A stretch of 64,000 nucleotides of DNA, from NCBI RefSeq assembly GCF_018977255.1, contig NW_024704742.1:11844001-11908000 (forward strand), in the 5' to 3' direction. The position numbers and the translations under genes were made by a program. The notes beneath the pieces were generated by a model, which was not told the origin of the DNA, searched no databases, and saw only the letters and a program-made list of their open reading frames with translations. Below, piece by piece: positions 1 to 11,199 of the stretch; position 1 is the first letter of the stretch; each line of letters opens with the position of its first letter. The stretch comes from Callorhinchus milii (lineage: Eukaryota).

Positions 1-399
1 ATGGGCTGAAGAATCCAAAAAATAAACCATTGGGGTACAATCAGTTTAAACTGATACGTTGCTGTATTACTGTATGCAGCAATCAATCTTTATATGAAGA
101 CCCTATTCATCAATAAGATATTTAGTTCAATGATAATGACTTGAAGGTTTATGCCACACCTGTGTTTGATCTAAAATTCTGTATGCCTGAGTCAAAATAT
201 TAAACTGCTTCAAATATAAGGAGTGCCACAGCTACATCTTTGTAGTTTTATCACGTCATCATTCATTCTGTTTATGTCAATGTTGATAGATGCATATTGG
301 AAGCCTCAGTGTTATTTTAACAAATTGAAAATGCGGAAAATAAGAGCTGTCAACAAACTTTATATAAAATTAATAAAATATAATCTTTGCTTTTGATAC

Positions 400-680
400 A
401 AGACCTTTTCATTCTCTTCAAAGTGCTTCACACAATATACTTGTGTGCAGTGACTATATTTTGTTTAGGTAAACTTGGCGGTTAAGTTGCAAACAGAGGT
501 ATCCTACAAACAATCATGAAGTGAATCATCAATTTTATGTGTAGGATTACTGGGCAGGACTAGGGAGCAACTCCTTCCTCTTTTCAAATTGTGCCAATGG
601 GCTCCTTAATGTCCACCTGAACAGGCAAACAGGACCTTGGTTCAACATCTCATCCGAAGAACGATATCTTCCACAATGCT
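400..680 (-). mobile_element. Old SacSINE1/Deu-type SINE fragment
   Basis: Reverse-strand Deu-like core (aatgtccacctgaacaggcaaacaggaccttggttcaacatctcatccgaag) and L2-type tail remnant; similar to copies at 8.9, 37.0 and 49.4 kb. Confidence 0.7.
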
Positions 681-885
681 AATTGTGCACAGCAGTATCC
701 CACAAACAGTCATGGATTGAATGACCAAATACTAATAATTATGATTTTTGAAGGGATTATTACCCTCAAAAAGCGATCTGCCAATCGACTACCAACCAGG
801 TTCCTACTTACTGCTAAGTAAACAGAGGCATGTGGAGTAAGGAAACTTGCCTAATATTTCGCCCTGCCGGGAATTGAACCCACAT
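680..885 (-). mobile_element. tRNA-Ala-headed SINE, long subfamily, partial
   Basis: gcacagcagtatcccacaaacagtcatgg...ggttcctacttactgctaagtaaacagagg...gtaaggaaacttgcc...gggaattgaacc matches the reverse complement of the full copies at 43938 and 62219. Confidence 0.8.
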
Positions 886-1896
886 GAGTGCAAGTACTGT
901 ACTATATGCTCAAGCTATTTTAGTCCATTTCTGTATGCACTCCAGGATACATGGTAGAGAATTGCTCCAATTTTCTCAACAAGATCTATGTGATCAGCTG
1001 GTAACAATCCACAAGTCGGCCATAATAACTAGTGAAGAGAACACACTGTCTTACAACCAGCTTTGCATAATCGGGGGGAGGTGAGGGGTGGGAAAGAAAG
1101 GTGAAATGAAACAATAAAAGTCTGCTGGAGATGAAAACCATTCTCCAAATAATTAATTATTACTCCAGGGAAATCAAGAGGATTGTCAACACTTTTGTGG
1201 AAAGAAAGCAAGAAAGATGTTGTGTTCATTCTGAACCTAAAGTTTACTGCAAGATACCTCTCCTCACTACCCAACCCACCCCCCCTTAAGCAGAGGAACC
1301 AGTTTGATGTTCATTAGAGCTGTTAGTGAAGCAACCTTGGGTGCTTCTGTTGTGGAGATTTGTACCATATGTCTAAAACTCAGCACAGCTGAAATATTTA
1401 GTTCAAACCAACTTGACTTGATTCAACTTAAATATACATTTCAATCTTATCATACATTATGCATGGCTGACTTACTCTGAAAGACAGGCCTGGAAACGCA
1501 AGTAAGCCAGATAAGCACCTAATTTGATTTGCAAATACTGTGACGAGTAGTAGTTTTTTTATATGTATGTATATGTATGTATTGAGAAACCAAGGAGAAG
1601 GGCCAAGTGATGTAGGAGAAAGGGCAAGACATATCAAATAGTAGAAACAGGCATGGATTTTAAAAGATTTCATATTATTGGAGGAAGAGGAGAATAAAGA
1701 AGATAGAAATAGTGGCTGTTTATAAAGGATGATTTGGCCCAATAGCAATTTGTTCCTGTCTGAAGGCTAATGTTTTGGCAATATAATTTTAACCTGTAAT
1801 AGAAAACAGTGTCTGAGTTCACGAGTAAAAAATGAACATTGTAGTATTTGCATTAAGGGATTCAGGCCATGCTTAATCAGATACTTGATGGATATC

Positions 1897-2105
1897 AAAC
1901 AAAAGCAGAAGTCACTGGTAACACTCAGCAGGTCATGAAGCATCTATGAAGAAAGCAAAGTGAGTCAACGTTTCGGGTTCACTATCCTTCGTCAGAACCG
2001 CCAGTTTCTTTCCTTTCTCCATAGATGCTGCCTGCCCTGCTGAGTGTTCCCAGCGACTTCTGTTTTTGTTTCAGATTTCCAGCATTTGTAGTATTTTGTG
2101 TTTTA
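1897..2105 (+). mobile_element. Penelope-like (PLE) short hairpin insertion, copy A
   Basis: Left arm aaacaaaagcagaagtcactggtaacactcagcaggtc...catctatg is the inverted repeat of right arm catagatgctgcctgccctgctgagtgttcccagcgacttctgtttttgtttc. The right arm alone carries the extra tail agatttccagcatttgtagtattttgtgtttt. Hammerhead core in the left arm. Confidence 0.75.
1967..1995 (-). ncRNA. Minimal type-I hammerhead ribozyme core (PLE copy A)
   Basis: Minus strand reads ggUU-CUGACGA-AGGAUAGUGAACCC-GAAA-CGUU-GACU. It has the conserved CUGANGA and GAAA boxes, stem II with one mismatch, palindromic AACGUU as helix III, and GGUU/GACU as helix I. Confidence 0.6.
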
Positions 2106-2127
2106 TTGGATGTTATGGATTATGGAT

Positions 2128-2430
2128 GTCAGCCTGGCTTGCTTGCCAGCCCTCTCACCTCTGAACAGAAAGTTCAAGCCCCACATAGGACTTGCAACTA
2201 ATATAGTTTATGGTGACACTCCAGTACAGCACTGGGGTGTGCTGGATTGTAGAATATGCCGTCCTTTGTATCACACGTTAAACCAAGGTCCCATCTGCCT
2301 GTTCAGATGGACGTCCTCCCGATATGAAAGGCGCTATAGAAATGTAATCTTGTTGCTGTTGATGATAAAGATTCCATGGAACTGTTCGAAAAGGGAAGTT
2401 TCTCCCAATATCCTAACGGGTTTAGCTAAT
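2128..2430 (+). mobile_element. SacSINE1/Deu-type SINE with a ~50-bp L2 3' end inserted at 2315-2365
   Basis: Head agcctggcttgcttgccagc...ttcaagcccc and core ggtgacactccagtacagcactgggg...ttaaaccaaggtcccatctgcctgttcagatggacgt, then L2 tail cctcccgatatgaaaggcgctatagaaatgtaatcttgttgctgttg, then the SINE resumes at taaagattccatgg. Confidence 0.75.
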
Positions 2431-3799
2431 GTGATATGAAATATTTGAATACACACAATTCCCACTGAAATTACAATTATGCTGCAGTAATAATTACAAT
2501 CATCAGGAACAGAAACGTATATCAACAGCATGACTCATGGACAATAAAGGATTACAATGCCATGTTCTGTTGTGATTATACTGATAGCTTCATAATGATA
2601 ATATTTGATCACCTCTGCATCTAATTATGGGTTATAACACACTCCAGTAATCTGTTTAATTACATCCTTTACCACAACACACCAAAATATACATTTTGTT
2701 TACAACAATCGCACAGCTTCAGATTCATCTTTCCCAGAGTGTCTTAAAGTGCAGAGAATTTTTAATTTGGTTTAAAAATAAGTTAAAGATAAATTAAACC
2801 TGCATTGCTAACAAAAATGCTTTTGAAATAGTCCTTTTGTCAACTATCCATTGATAATTAAACAACTATTTTAAACATATCTACAGGTCCAGGAAATATA
2901 TCCGTATAGTTTTAATCTGTGTTGTTTCACAAAATGGGTCTCTCAATAGCACCAATGAACCCTCCACAATTTTCCGCAAAGTCCCAAATCAACTATCTCC
3001 GCATTTTTGGCAAATATTTTTGAAATTTTCTATTGGTCCAGTTTATCATGTCATTGAGACATCTTCAAAGCACTTTACAGAATATACTGTAAAATGGATT
3101 AACTGTATTTTGCCTTGAATAATTCTACTGTTAGTTTTTGTATACAATAATTTGAGTACAATGATTTGTATTGGTCTGTTGAGTTTACTCCTTGTTAAAT
3201 GGTCATACAATAGTAGCTTAAGAGAAATAGTTGAAGATCATGCTGAGCTTCACTGAACACTGCAGTGTAACTATAACTGAAACAAAGTACATTTTGTACA
3301 CTTTCATTTTGAAATGTTCATAAATTGCCCACTGGATCCAGCCGAGGCTTTTAATGTTCGAGACAAAAACAACAATCTGACCTGCTACCAATAAACATAA
3401 CAACAACAACTTGCATTTATACCGCTCGCTTCACACATGGCAGAGTCTCGGAGTACTTAGACCAGTTAGTGGAAGACAGCGTGTGCGCGTGTCCTTGTTT
3501 TTGTTTGTTTAGCAAGTTGAGGGATACAGCTTCAAGCTACTAGATTGTCCCAGTCCTTGTAGGTACCAGTTTTCCATTATGTGTACCATAACTCTCCTGA
3601 GGCAAGTAACTGACTCCGATTGAAACATTTGGGGAAAGAAGGCTCTAACATTTCTCATTGACTACCAAAGTTAATAGTTAATAAAGTGAAAACTCCAGGA
3701 TATGAATTTAATGTATTCCCCCGTGAATTGAGTCCATGGTGTATTGAGTCTAATTTTGCACACGCAATATAGAATGGACATTAGAGCCACGTTGAGGTT

Positions 3800-4015
3800 C
3801 TAATGGGTATTTGTTGGAATGATACCAGGAATGAAATATTATAATTAGATGGAGAGACATTAAAAATTGGACTGCTTTTCCTGGAGCAAAGAAGGTTAAA
3901 CGGGGAAATGTAATAGTGTTTCTAAAATAAAGGTTTTAATAGTATCAATGGAGAAAGATTATTTCTGCTGATCTCTACATCAGAAGCCATAAAGATCATA
4001 CATTGAGGGTTAATA
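3800..4015 (+). mobile_element. Degenerate CR1 LINE ORF2 3' fragment
   Basis: gataccaggaatgaaatatt...attggactgcttttcctggagcaaagaaggttaaacggggaaat...ggagaaagattatttc resembles the CR1 C-terminal LGLFSLEQRRLRGDL...RLF segment. Confidence 0.55.
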
Positions 4016-4345
4016 ATCTTGCGTTTCTGATGGCTCCTTTCACATTAGGATGACACTTTAAAAGTGCTTCACAGACTACTATAAAATAGAGCAACTATGT
4101 ATTTTATAGACAAGCGGTCAATGTTGTAAGGTCCCACAAACAGTCATGAAGTGAATTACCAATTTTATCTAGGTCAGTAAGTATTGGTCAGTACACAGGG
4201 AGAAACTCTATTCACTTTTTGATTTCAGTGCATCCCCAGCACTTCCCTAGAGGATCAGCCAAGACTTTGTGAGTTTGAAGCTTGACATAGGGCTTAAACC
4301 CATTGACTTCTAACGCAGAGTGCTATCAACTCTTAGATGCTGACA
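4010..4345 (-). mobile_element. Old SacSINE1/Deu-type SINE
   Basis: Tail taataatcttgcgtttctgatggctcctttcacattaggatgac, core cccacaaacagtcatgaagtgaattacc, and head remnant ttaaacccattgacttctaacgcagagtgctatcaact. Confidence 0.6.
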
Positions 4346-4503
4346 CATGCCATCAAAAGAAAAAGGGCAAAGTTTGGAAAATTTATCCTTACACATTACC
4401 TGTTGTTTTCCTCCAGAATATCCAAAAAATGTCCCAAATAAAATTGATCATTCACTTAATGGTGTTTGTGGGACATTGTTGTGTCAAATTGGCTGCCACA
4501 TTT

Positions 4504-4780
4504 AATAATAATGATCCTTGTATTTGATATAATGCCTTATCACATCATTGAAACATCTCAAAGCGCTTCACAGAATATACTGTAAAGTGAATTGACTGTA
4601 TAGTTTAGGGGAGAAATGCAGCAGCCAATTGCACACAGCAGTGTCCCACAAATGGTCATGGATTGAGTGACCCCATCTTTTTGGGGGGGATTATCATCCC
4701 CAGAAAGTAATACAGAATTGACTAACAATCAACTTCCTACACGTATTGGGTAAACAGAGGTGTGTGGAGGTAAGAAAATA
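4504..4780 (-). mobile_element. tRNA-Ala-headed SINE, long subfamily, headless
   Basis: aataataatgatccttgtatttgatataatgccttatcacatc...cagccaattgcacacagcagtgtcccacaaa...gggtaaacagaggtgtgtggag. Confidence 0.8.
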
Positions 4781-5907
4781 ATTATTATTAAGATGGCAGC
4801 TCACACTGCTGTGGATGCCATTAATATCTGGTTTTAGGTTGGTGTAGTGCGGTGATCATAAATTATTGACTGTTCAGTTAAGTGTTTTGCCTATGTTTTA
4901 AAAGGTTTTAGAAATCTTATGTAGGGAATGAAACTAGTGATTCCTTAAAGTTAGAAGAGATATTTTCCTGAGAGTAGGCTGCCCTAGACTTTGTGCTGGG
5001 ATTGTCAAGAGCCCTTAAAAATGTACATTAGCACACGTGACTGGTATTAATTGCAGATCTTTTGGAAAACAAATCGCCTCTGCTCATGAAAGATTAGTAA
5101 AAGCTGGATGTGTATTGATTTCAGTGTTCGGCTGGGGGAGTTTCACCAACTCCTTTATGATTGTATTGGGCCAGAGTATGCCTCATGATCTGATCTCTAC
5201 TGCTTCATGGTGATTGTAATGTACTGCAGAAAGTACTTAAATTCTGTAAGGAAAATAATGATTATGTTAATCAATTATGAATCAATTACACTTGTAACTG
5301 ACTGAAATATTTATAGTTAAAATGATTAAACATTGCGGGGGCCATCAAATATTAAGCAAAGTTTAACTTAGGTTATAAAATCACTTTATTACAATTATAT
5401 AGTTATTATTAAGTGGAGCAATTTTTTTATTAAAAGCACCTTGCCCTCATGGGCAAAGCCTATGAATCAATTCACAGGGATATTCTAACACAAGAAAAAA
5501 ATGGCCTGGATACATATAATGTAGTATCCAATAAAGTAAAAAAAGATACTACCCTCATATTATTGTGACTTTTTATTGTCTGCTTTTTGTTTTTTGAATA
5601 CTCCCAGCAGTCAGTTATTGACTCAGTAAAGTTATCTCTCAAAGCGCTTTACAGTATATTCTGTGAAGCGCTTTAAGACATCTCGAAGATGTAATAAGGC
5701 GCTATATCAAATGCAAGGATTATTACTATTTGTAGTGGTAATATTCTTCAAGGGGAGAATTCTTTCATTTACACCCAAAATAGCTTCTCTTAAGACTATT
5801 TGGCATGCACGGACTTCCTGTAGGTACAACTGATACAGGTAGCCTGGTTAGACAACAATAAACAGGAGACATTATAGGCAGTCTCTTCATGAGGTAAAAA
5901 TATCAAA

Positions 5908-6030
5908 AATCTTTCAGGCAGTAATAATTTGTCAAGCGGTAATAATGATGTCTCAGGCAGAATAATAATCTCTCAGGCAATAATAATAATCTTTTGAGGG
6001 GTAATATCAGTAATCTCTCAGGTGGTAATC
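5908..6030. repeat. Degenerate minisatellite, about 6 units of ~20-22 bp (aatctctcaggcagtaataat)
   Basis: Successive units: aatctttcaggcagtaat / aatttgtcaagcggtaataat / gatgtctcaggcagaataat / aatctctcaggcaataataat / aatcttttgaggggtaatatcagt / aatctctcaggtggtaat. Confidence 0.8.
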
Positions 6031-6595
6031 CTTTCCAATTTCAGCCTAACCTTGTTATAACATAATTGCTGCAGTCTTTAAGGTGAGACCTTGCATTATA
6101 ACAGAGTGCATTATAATGCGTTGCCACTTGCGCTCACTGTGGGCTTCCAGGAGCCGTAGCTGGAACAGAAAACACAAAACAGAATTAAACAAGAACGCAG
6201 AAAAAGGAGCTATACAAAATTCACCAATTATTATACAATTATTCGGAATTTATTTTGAGAATCTCTTAGATCAAAACATTCTTCGACTGTGGATCCATGA
6301 CTTTTTACACCCGCCTTGGCGGAGATATTGCTCTTTTCCATGATTGAAATCTTCCAGCAATCTCTACATGCCAATGCCATGGGTTTAATGGCTAATTTTG
6401 CCCAACCTCTCATTTACAGATCAGACAATACAGCTTCTCTAAAATGCAAGTGGATCTCTATGTCCGTCTCTCATTCTTTCTGGTCAATCCTTTGTTTTAT
6501 TTGGGCGGTATGAAATAATTTGACAAGTCACTCGCCTGCACAATTCATAGATTTCCCTTGTAGAGTCATCTCCTAGAATTAACTTGCATTTATTA

Positions 6596-6743
6596 TCCAT
6601 AGAACCTCAGAAATCTACAGCACAGACTCTTGTAGAGCAGTCCTATCAGTTCCATTTATCTGCTTCCTACCACCCCCCCCCCCCCCATACCCCTGTAGGT
6701 TACTCCTCGTTAGATATCCATCTAATTCTCTTTTGAAAGCTAA
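6596..6743 (-). mobile_element. CR1 LINE 3' UTR fragment
   Basis: catagaacctcagaaatctacagcacagac...ccccatacccctgtaggttactcctcgttagatatccatctaattctcttttgaaag is the reverse complement of a CR1 3' end like the one at 52870-53070. Confidence 0.55.
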
Positions 6744-6755
6744 TCCCTGTTTTAA

Positions 6756-6944
6756 GAAACAAAAACAGAAGTCACTGAGAACACTCAACAGGTCAGGCAA
6801 CATCTATGGAGAAAGGAAAGTGAGTCAACATTTCGAGTCCACGACCCTTCGTCAAAACAGGTCCATAGATGCTGCCTGACCTGCTGAGTGTTCCCAGCAA
6901 TTTCTGTTTTTGTTTCAGATTTCCACCATCTGCAGTATTTTGCG
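6756..6944 (+). mobile_element. Penelope-like short hairpin insertion, copy B
   Basis: Inverted arms gaaacaaaaacagaagtcactgagaacactcaacaggtcaggcaacatctatgga / tccatagatgctgcctgacctgctgagtgttcccagcaatttctgtttttgtttc plus one-sided tail agatttccaccatctgcagtattttgcg. Flanked by a perfect direct repeat tccctgttttaaga (6744-6757, 6945-6958). Confidence 0.8.
6827..6855 (-). ncRNA. Hammerhead ribozyme core, decayed (PLE copy B)
   Basis: Minus strand GUU-UUGACGA-AGGGUC-GUG-GACUC-GAAA-UGUU-GACUC. Stem II GGGUC/GACUC is intact. C3>U and the CpG>TpG change in helix III probably inactivate it. Confidence 0.55.
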
Positions 6945-7779
6945 TCCCTGTTTTAAGAGATGATACTCACAATGAGTGTGCTGTGAAGTGTAGTGGCTAT
7001 GTATTTTTTGCGGGAATGCGGCAGCCAATTTGCGCAAAGATATGTCCCACAAACACACTATGAATGACCAATTTTTATCCCGTGATTTCCCTCACATGTT
7101 TTAATCCCAAAAATAATAAATAAGATAGAATAATTCTAATCCACTAACGTGAACTACAATGTAATTACTGGGGTGTTTTATGGCTTGAAAGCAATGCAGG
7201 CTTTTTGGAAACCAGTTTCACTGATTAAATTGTATTCTGCAATCTGCTTAAAGGGATCACAATATTATGTGAATTGAAATTGTATTCCAATAAAGTATTT
7301 TAATTAACTACCTGGCAAAAAGCAAAGTACAATTTATATGCAAATACTAAAGAAAACGAGACCCCAGAGGACAAGAAGTCGATGTATTTGTCAGAACATT
7401 CGAGAAAGTTAAGGTGGAAGGCACTGTGCCCATTTTATAGCCGTGCCTCCATATGTTTGTGTAAATTGAAATGATTCCCATTTTTCCAACAATAAGGAGA
7501 AAGAACATGGATATGAAAGTGAAAAAGAATGATGTTTATTGTAAATTTTCAGTGAAAAGACAAGCATTGGCCAGTTTTGCATCGTTCACATCATTACTGA
7601 TCATAGAATAATTAAATACTATCCAAAGACAGCATTTGTAGAAACACATGATCAACCCATATTGATAGATAAATAAACACAATATAGGATTAAGCAACGA
7701 TTTTAATGGCAGAGATCCCTAAATCTAGCATTGCAAACACTTATTTTACATCATTTAACCAGGGGACTCAGAATTCACA

Positions 7780-8020
7780 GTATAAGATCAAGGGGCAGAA
7801 GTATAAGATTGTGACTAGTGGATCTAAAAGAGCGTTTAGAGGGAATGTCTGCACACAGAGGGTAATGTATATCTCGAGGCTGTATATATATCAGCGAATA
7901 GTGAATAGAAGGGTATGGGAGGGAATAAGGAGTGCATGGAGACTGATGTATAATATAAACACCAGCACAGACTGGTTTGGCCAAATGGCCTGTTTTCTTT
8001 CTGTATAATCTATGTAAATC
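7780..8020 (+). mobile_element. CR1 LINE 3' fragment
   Basis: aaggggcagaagtataagatt...cacagagggtaatg...gggtatgggagggaataaggagtgcatggagact...caccagcacagactggtttggccaaatggcctgttttctttctgtataatctatg: typical CR1 TRGH..TQRVV end plus 3' UTR stem-loop. Confidence 0.65.
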
Positions 8021-8829
8021 TAGATAACATTAATCTTCATAGACTAGCCAATCAATTAGTTATCTATAATAGTAATAATCCTTGTATTTGATATGGTGCC
8101 TTACCACATCTTTGAATCATCTCAACTCGCTTCACAGAATTTACTGTAAAGTGATTTGACAGTATTTTGTGGGCGAAACATGATAGATGTTTTTCCATTA
8201 ATCTCTGATGTGACTCTGTTTGAACAACAACTCACATTTATATAGCACCCTTAATGTAGGATAACATCTTGGAGAGCTTGAATAGGAAGTGGGGACTGCA
8301 AAAGTGTATGCACATCAGTGGCTCGACAGAGCTACCATATCCTGATTGTCTCTCTTGTCTCTAAGTTGTCTCGAAGGATTAACTTCAGTTTGTTTCCATT
8401 AAAAGTTAATAAAGTACACATTGCTTTTTTNATTGCTGAGTCCCACTCTCTTTCCTGCACAAAGCACAGGTCCTTAAATTGAGCTTGTGATGAAATCGCT
8501 TCCCTTATACAGTTAGGTGGTCAAATATCCCCTTGCATTATCGCAGAAGGTGAAAGAAATCATGCGTGCGTCTTGCTTTGAAATAAATGTAATTGAGTTA
8601 GGAAGATTTCCCAACTGGCAATATTGATTGTGAATTTCCCAAGGTTACACAAGAGACAGATTTCATTTAAAAATACCTTGTCATTCTGGAAAGCAGATAG
8701 GTCCAATACACTTATGCATAGTCTTCCTCATACGCAGGGTCATTGCATGAGCGAAGATTGAGTGTTAAAACTTGTAACCTTGCAATTTAAACCCAGTTAA
8801 TTTTTCAAAAATACTTAGAATTATATATA

Positions 8830-9250
8830 ATCATTTTTACATTTGGTATGGCACCTTTCACATCAGGAGGATGTCTTAAAGAGCTTCATAGAATACATTC
8901 AAAAGTGGAGCGACTAAGTATTCTGTAGGTGAATGCAGCAACAATTTGCAAACACTAATATCCCACAAACAGCTGTGCAATGAATGGCCAATTTTATTTG
9001 GGGAAATCTTGGCCAGAAAACCAGGAGAAACTCCCTACTTTTTTTAAATAGGGCCACGGGATCTTTAACATCCATCTGAACAGACAGACAGGACCTCAGT
9101 TTAACATCTGAGCCGAAGGATGTAGCACCCCTCACAGTTTTCTACCAGAGTGTCAGCCTAGACTATATGAATTCAAAGTCCTGATATGCAGCTTGAACCC
9201 ACAACCCTCTGACTTGGACGCAAGAGTGCTGTGAACTGAGCCAGGCTGTA
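8830..9250 (-). mobile_element. SacSINE1/Deu-type SINE, near full length
   Basis: Tail (catttggtatggcacctttcacatcaggaggatgtc), Deu core (gggatctttaacatccatctgaacagacagacaggacctcagtttaacatc) and tRNA-like head (gcttgaacccacaaccctctgacttggacgcaagagtgctgtgaactgagccaggctg). Confidence 0.8.
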
Positions 9251-9540
9251 TAGCCAAATAAACTAAAAGAGAATTCGTGGAACCAATCATAATAGTGTCT
9301 TATTTGAACTCATCCTTTTCTCACAAACTATACAGTCAATTCACTTTACAGTATATTGTGTGAATCACTTTGAGACGTCATGAAGACATGATAAGGCGCT
9401 ATATCAAATGCAAGGATTATTATTATTATCCAGTTATCCTGACAGTATTAAGATGACAGATGGTCAGGGCAACCAAAGCAGAGATCTCAAGGATTTGTAG
9501 AAAACAGAAAAGGCTGCTCAGTCATAAATCCTGTAGCTGC

Positions 9541-9854
9541 AGTCCTGTAGCTCAGTGGTTAGAGCACTCGCTTTGCAAGCGAGAGACCTGAGTTCAATTC
9601 CAAGCAGGTCAGGGCGAAACCTTGGGCAAGTTTCCTTACTCCACACAGAGCCTAATAATAATCCCTCCAAAAATAATAATAAATTGGTCATTTTCAATCT
9701 ACGACTGTTTGTAGGACATTGCTGTGCGCAATTGGCTGCCGCGTTCGCCCACAAATATGCAGTCAATTCACTTTACAGTGTGTTCTGTGAAGTGCTTTGG
9801 GACGTCCTCCCGACGTGAAAAGCACTATATCAAATGCAAGGATTATTATTATTA
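9541..9854 (+). mobile_element. tRNA-Ala-headed SINE, young short subfamily, full length
   Basis: A box gtagctcagtggttag, anticodon arm ctcgc-tttgcaa-gcgag, B box gagttcaattcc; core ctgtttgtaggacattgctgtgcgcaattggctgccgcg; tail gggacgtcctcccgacgtgaaaagcactatatcaaatgcaagg(att)n. Confidence 0.9.
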
Positions 9855-10530
9855 TAACATTTTATGATCAATGGGTCAGTGTTGAAGTCAAGAACTAGAA
9901 TTAATAATGTGGATGAATAGAGAGATATTATACAAAACTAGCATAGGGGGATCAGAAAGCATAATTTTAAATACCTAAAGTACAAGTCATCATAAAGAAC
10001 ACCCTCAAGCTGTCAGCTTGTGGAACAGTCTGCTGTGCGTAATAGGCTGCCGCATTTCGCCAACAAAATATACAGTCAATTCACTTTATAGTATATTCTG
10101 TGAAGTGCTTTGAGATGTCTCAAAGCCTTGATAAGGTGCTATATCAAATGCAAGGATTATTAATAGAATGCTGCTTTTAATGTTGACTTGAGGTATGCAA
10201 AAGTGAATGGATTAATGAAGGATTTAACAAGGAATGGAGGGATATGGGTTTATAGAGATTGATTGAACACCTGAACCAGCACCTTGAAGACAGAATGAGT
10301 GGATGAACTGAACTGGATTTTCTGACTCCTTTGTTCTTAGACAGATCACTAAAGCTAAGCAATAAAGTTTGGTTACATATCATGCATTAATTGGTTAGAT
10401 AACTGCAGCACCATGATAGACAAATCTTACCACTCTTTCCATAACATGGGTAGAGTTTGAGGTCTAGACATTGGATCCAAAATGTGACATTAATTGAGAC
10501 AATTCTTCAAGATGAGTCTTAATTTTATAG

Positions 10531-10685
10531 CAAAAACAGAAGTCGCTGGGAACACTTCTGACGAAGGGTGTACCGGAAATGTTGATTCAGTTTCCTTTCT
10601 CCATAGATGCTGCCTGACCTGCTGAGTGTTCCCAGCGACTTCTGTTTTTGTTTCAGATTTCCAACATCTGCAGTATTTTGTGTTT
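10531..10685 (+). mobile_element. Penelope-like short hairpin insertion, copy C
   Basis: Short inverted arm caaaaacagaagtcgctgggaacact, then the sense arm from the hammerhead to the tail agatttccaacatctgcagtattttgtgttt. Flanked by tcttaattttatag (10517-10530) / tcttaattttgtag (10686-10699). Confidence 0.8.
10558..10583 (+). ncRNA. Hammerhead ribozyme core with shortened stem II (PLE copy C)
   Basis: CUGACGA-AGGGUGUACCG-GAAA-UGUU-GA. Both conserved boxes are present; stem II is shortened relative to the copy B consensus GGGUCGUGGACCC. Confidence 0.5.
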
Positions 10686-11199
10686 TCTTAATTTTGTAGA
10701 CTGTTTTCTGTAAATTCTCTTAAGTTTGGCAAAAAGGCTTGAAATAAGGCTGAATTTAATGATATGGCAAATGTTGGACTCTCAGAAATGCTAACTAAAT
10801 AGAGTAAATCCAGACCAACTGGAAATTCCAGTTGCAATTTCTCCCAATAGTTCCACAATTCAGGAATCTGAGAGACACTTTTGAGTAACCTAGCAAACCA
10901 ACTCAGTGGAACTCTAAGTAGATTGAGTTGCAGCAAGTCTGCGTGATTTATGTCCAGATTTCTTAACTAAGGAATTTCATTTGAAATAGCTGTGATTCAG
11001 ACCTCATTTTTTTTAACAAGGTGTGCTGTGAGCAGCAACCATGCTTTGCAAGTGTTTGTACTAAAACCTAATGAAGATTCACGCTTTGTTGTAATTGTAG
11101 CCCAATTATGGCACAAGCATTACTTTAAACGTTTGTTTGTGACACATTCGGAAGCGGAAACCTTATTCCTAACCAGGTGCCTAGCAAAGTCTAATCTAG

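Noticed and set aside
1897..2105. DNA-transposon MITE or pre-miRNA interpretation of the hairpins
   Set aside because: Asymmetric arms, a one-sided tail, variable inversion points, 14-15-bp TSDs and a hammerhead core fit PLE retro-insertions better.
5908..6030. CRISPR-like array
   Set aside because: Head-to-tail degenerate units without unique spacers, no cas genes, and the sequence is eukaryotic.
9541..9612. tRNA-Ala(TGC) gene (also at 20293, 24270, 59230)
   Set aside because: A/B boxes and the anticodon arm are present, but there is no proper acceptor stem and each runs straight into a SINE body: these are SINE heads.
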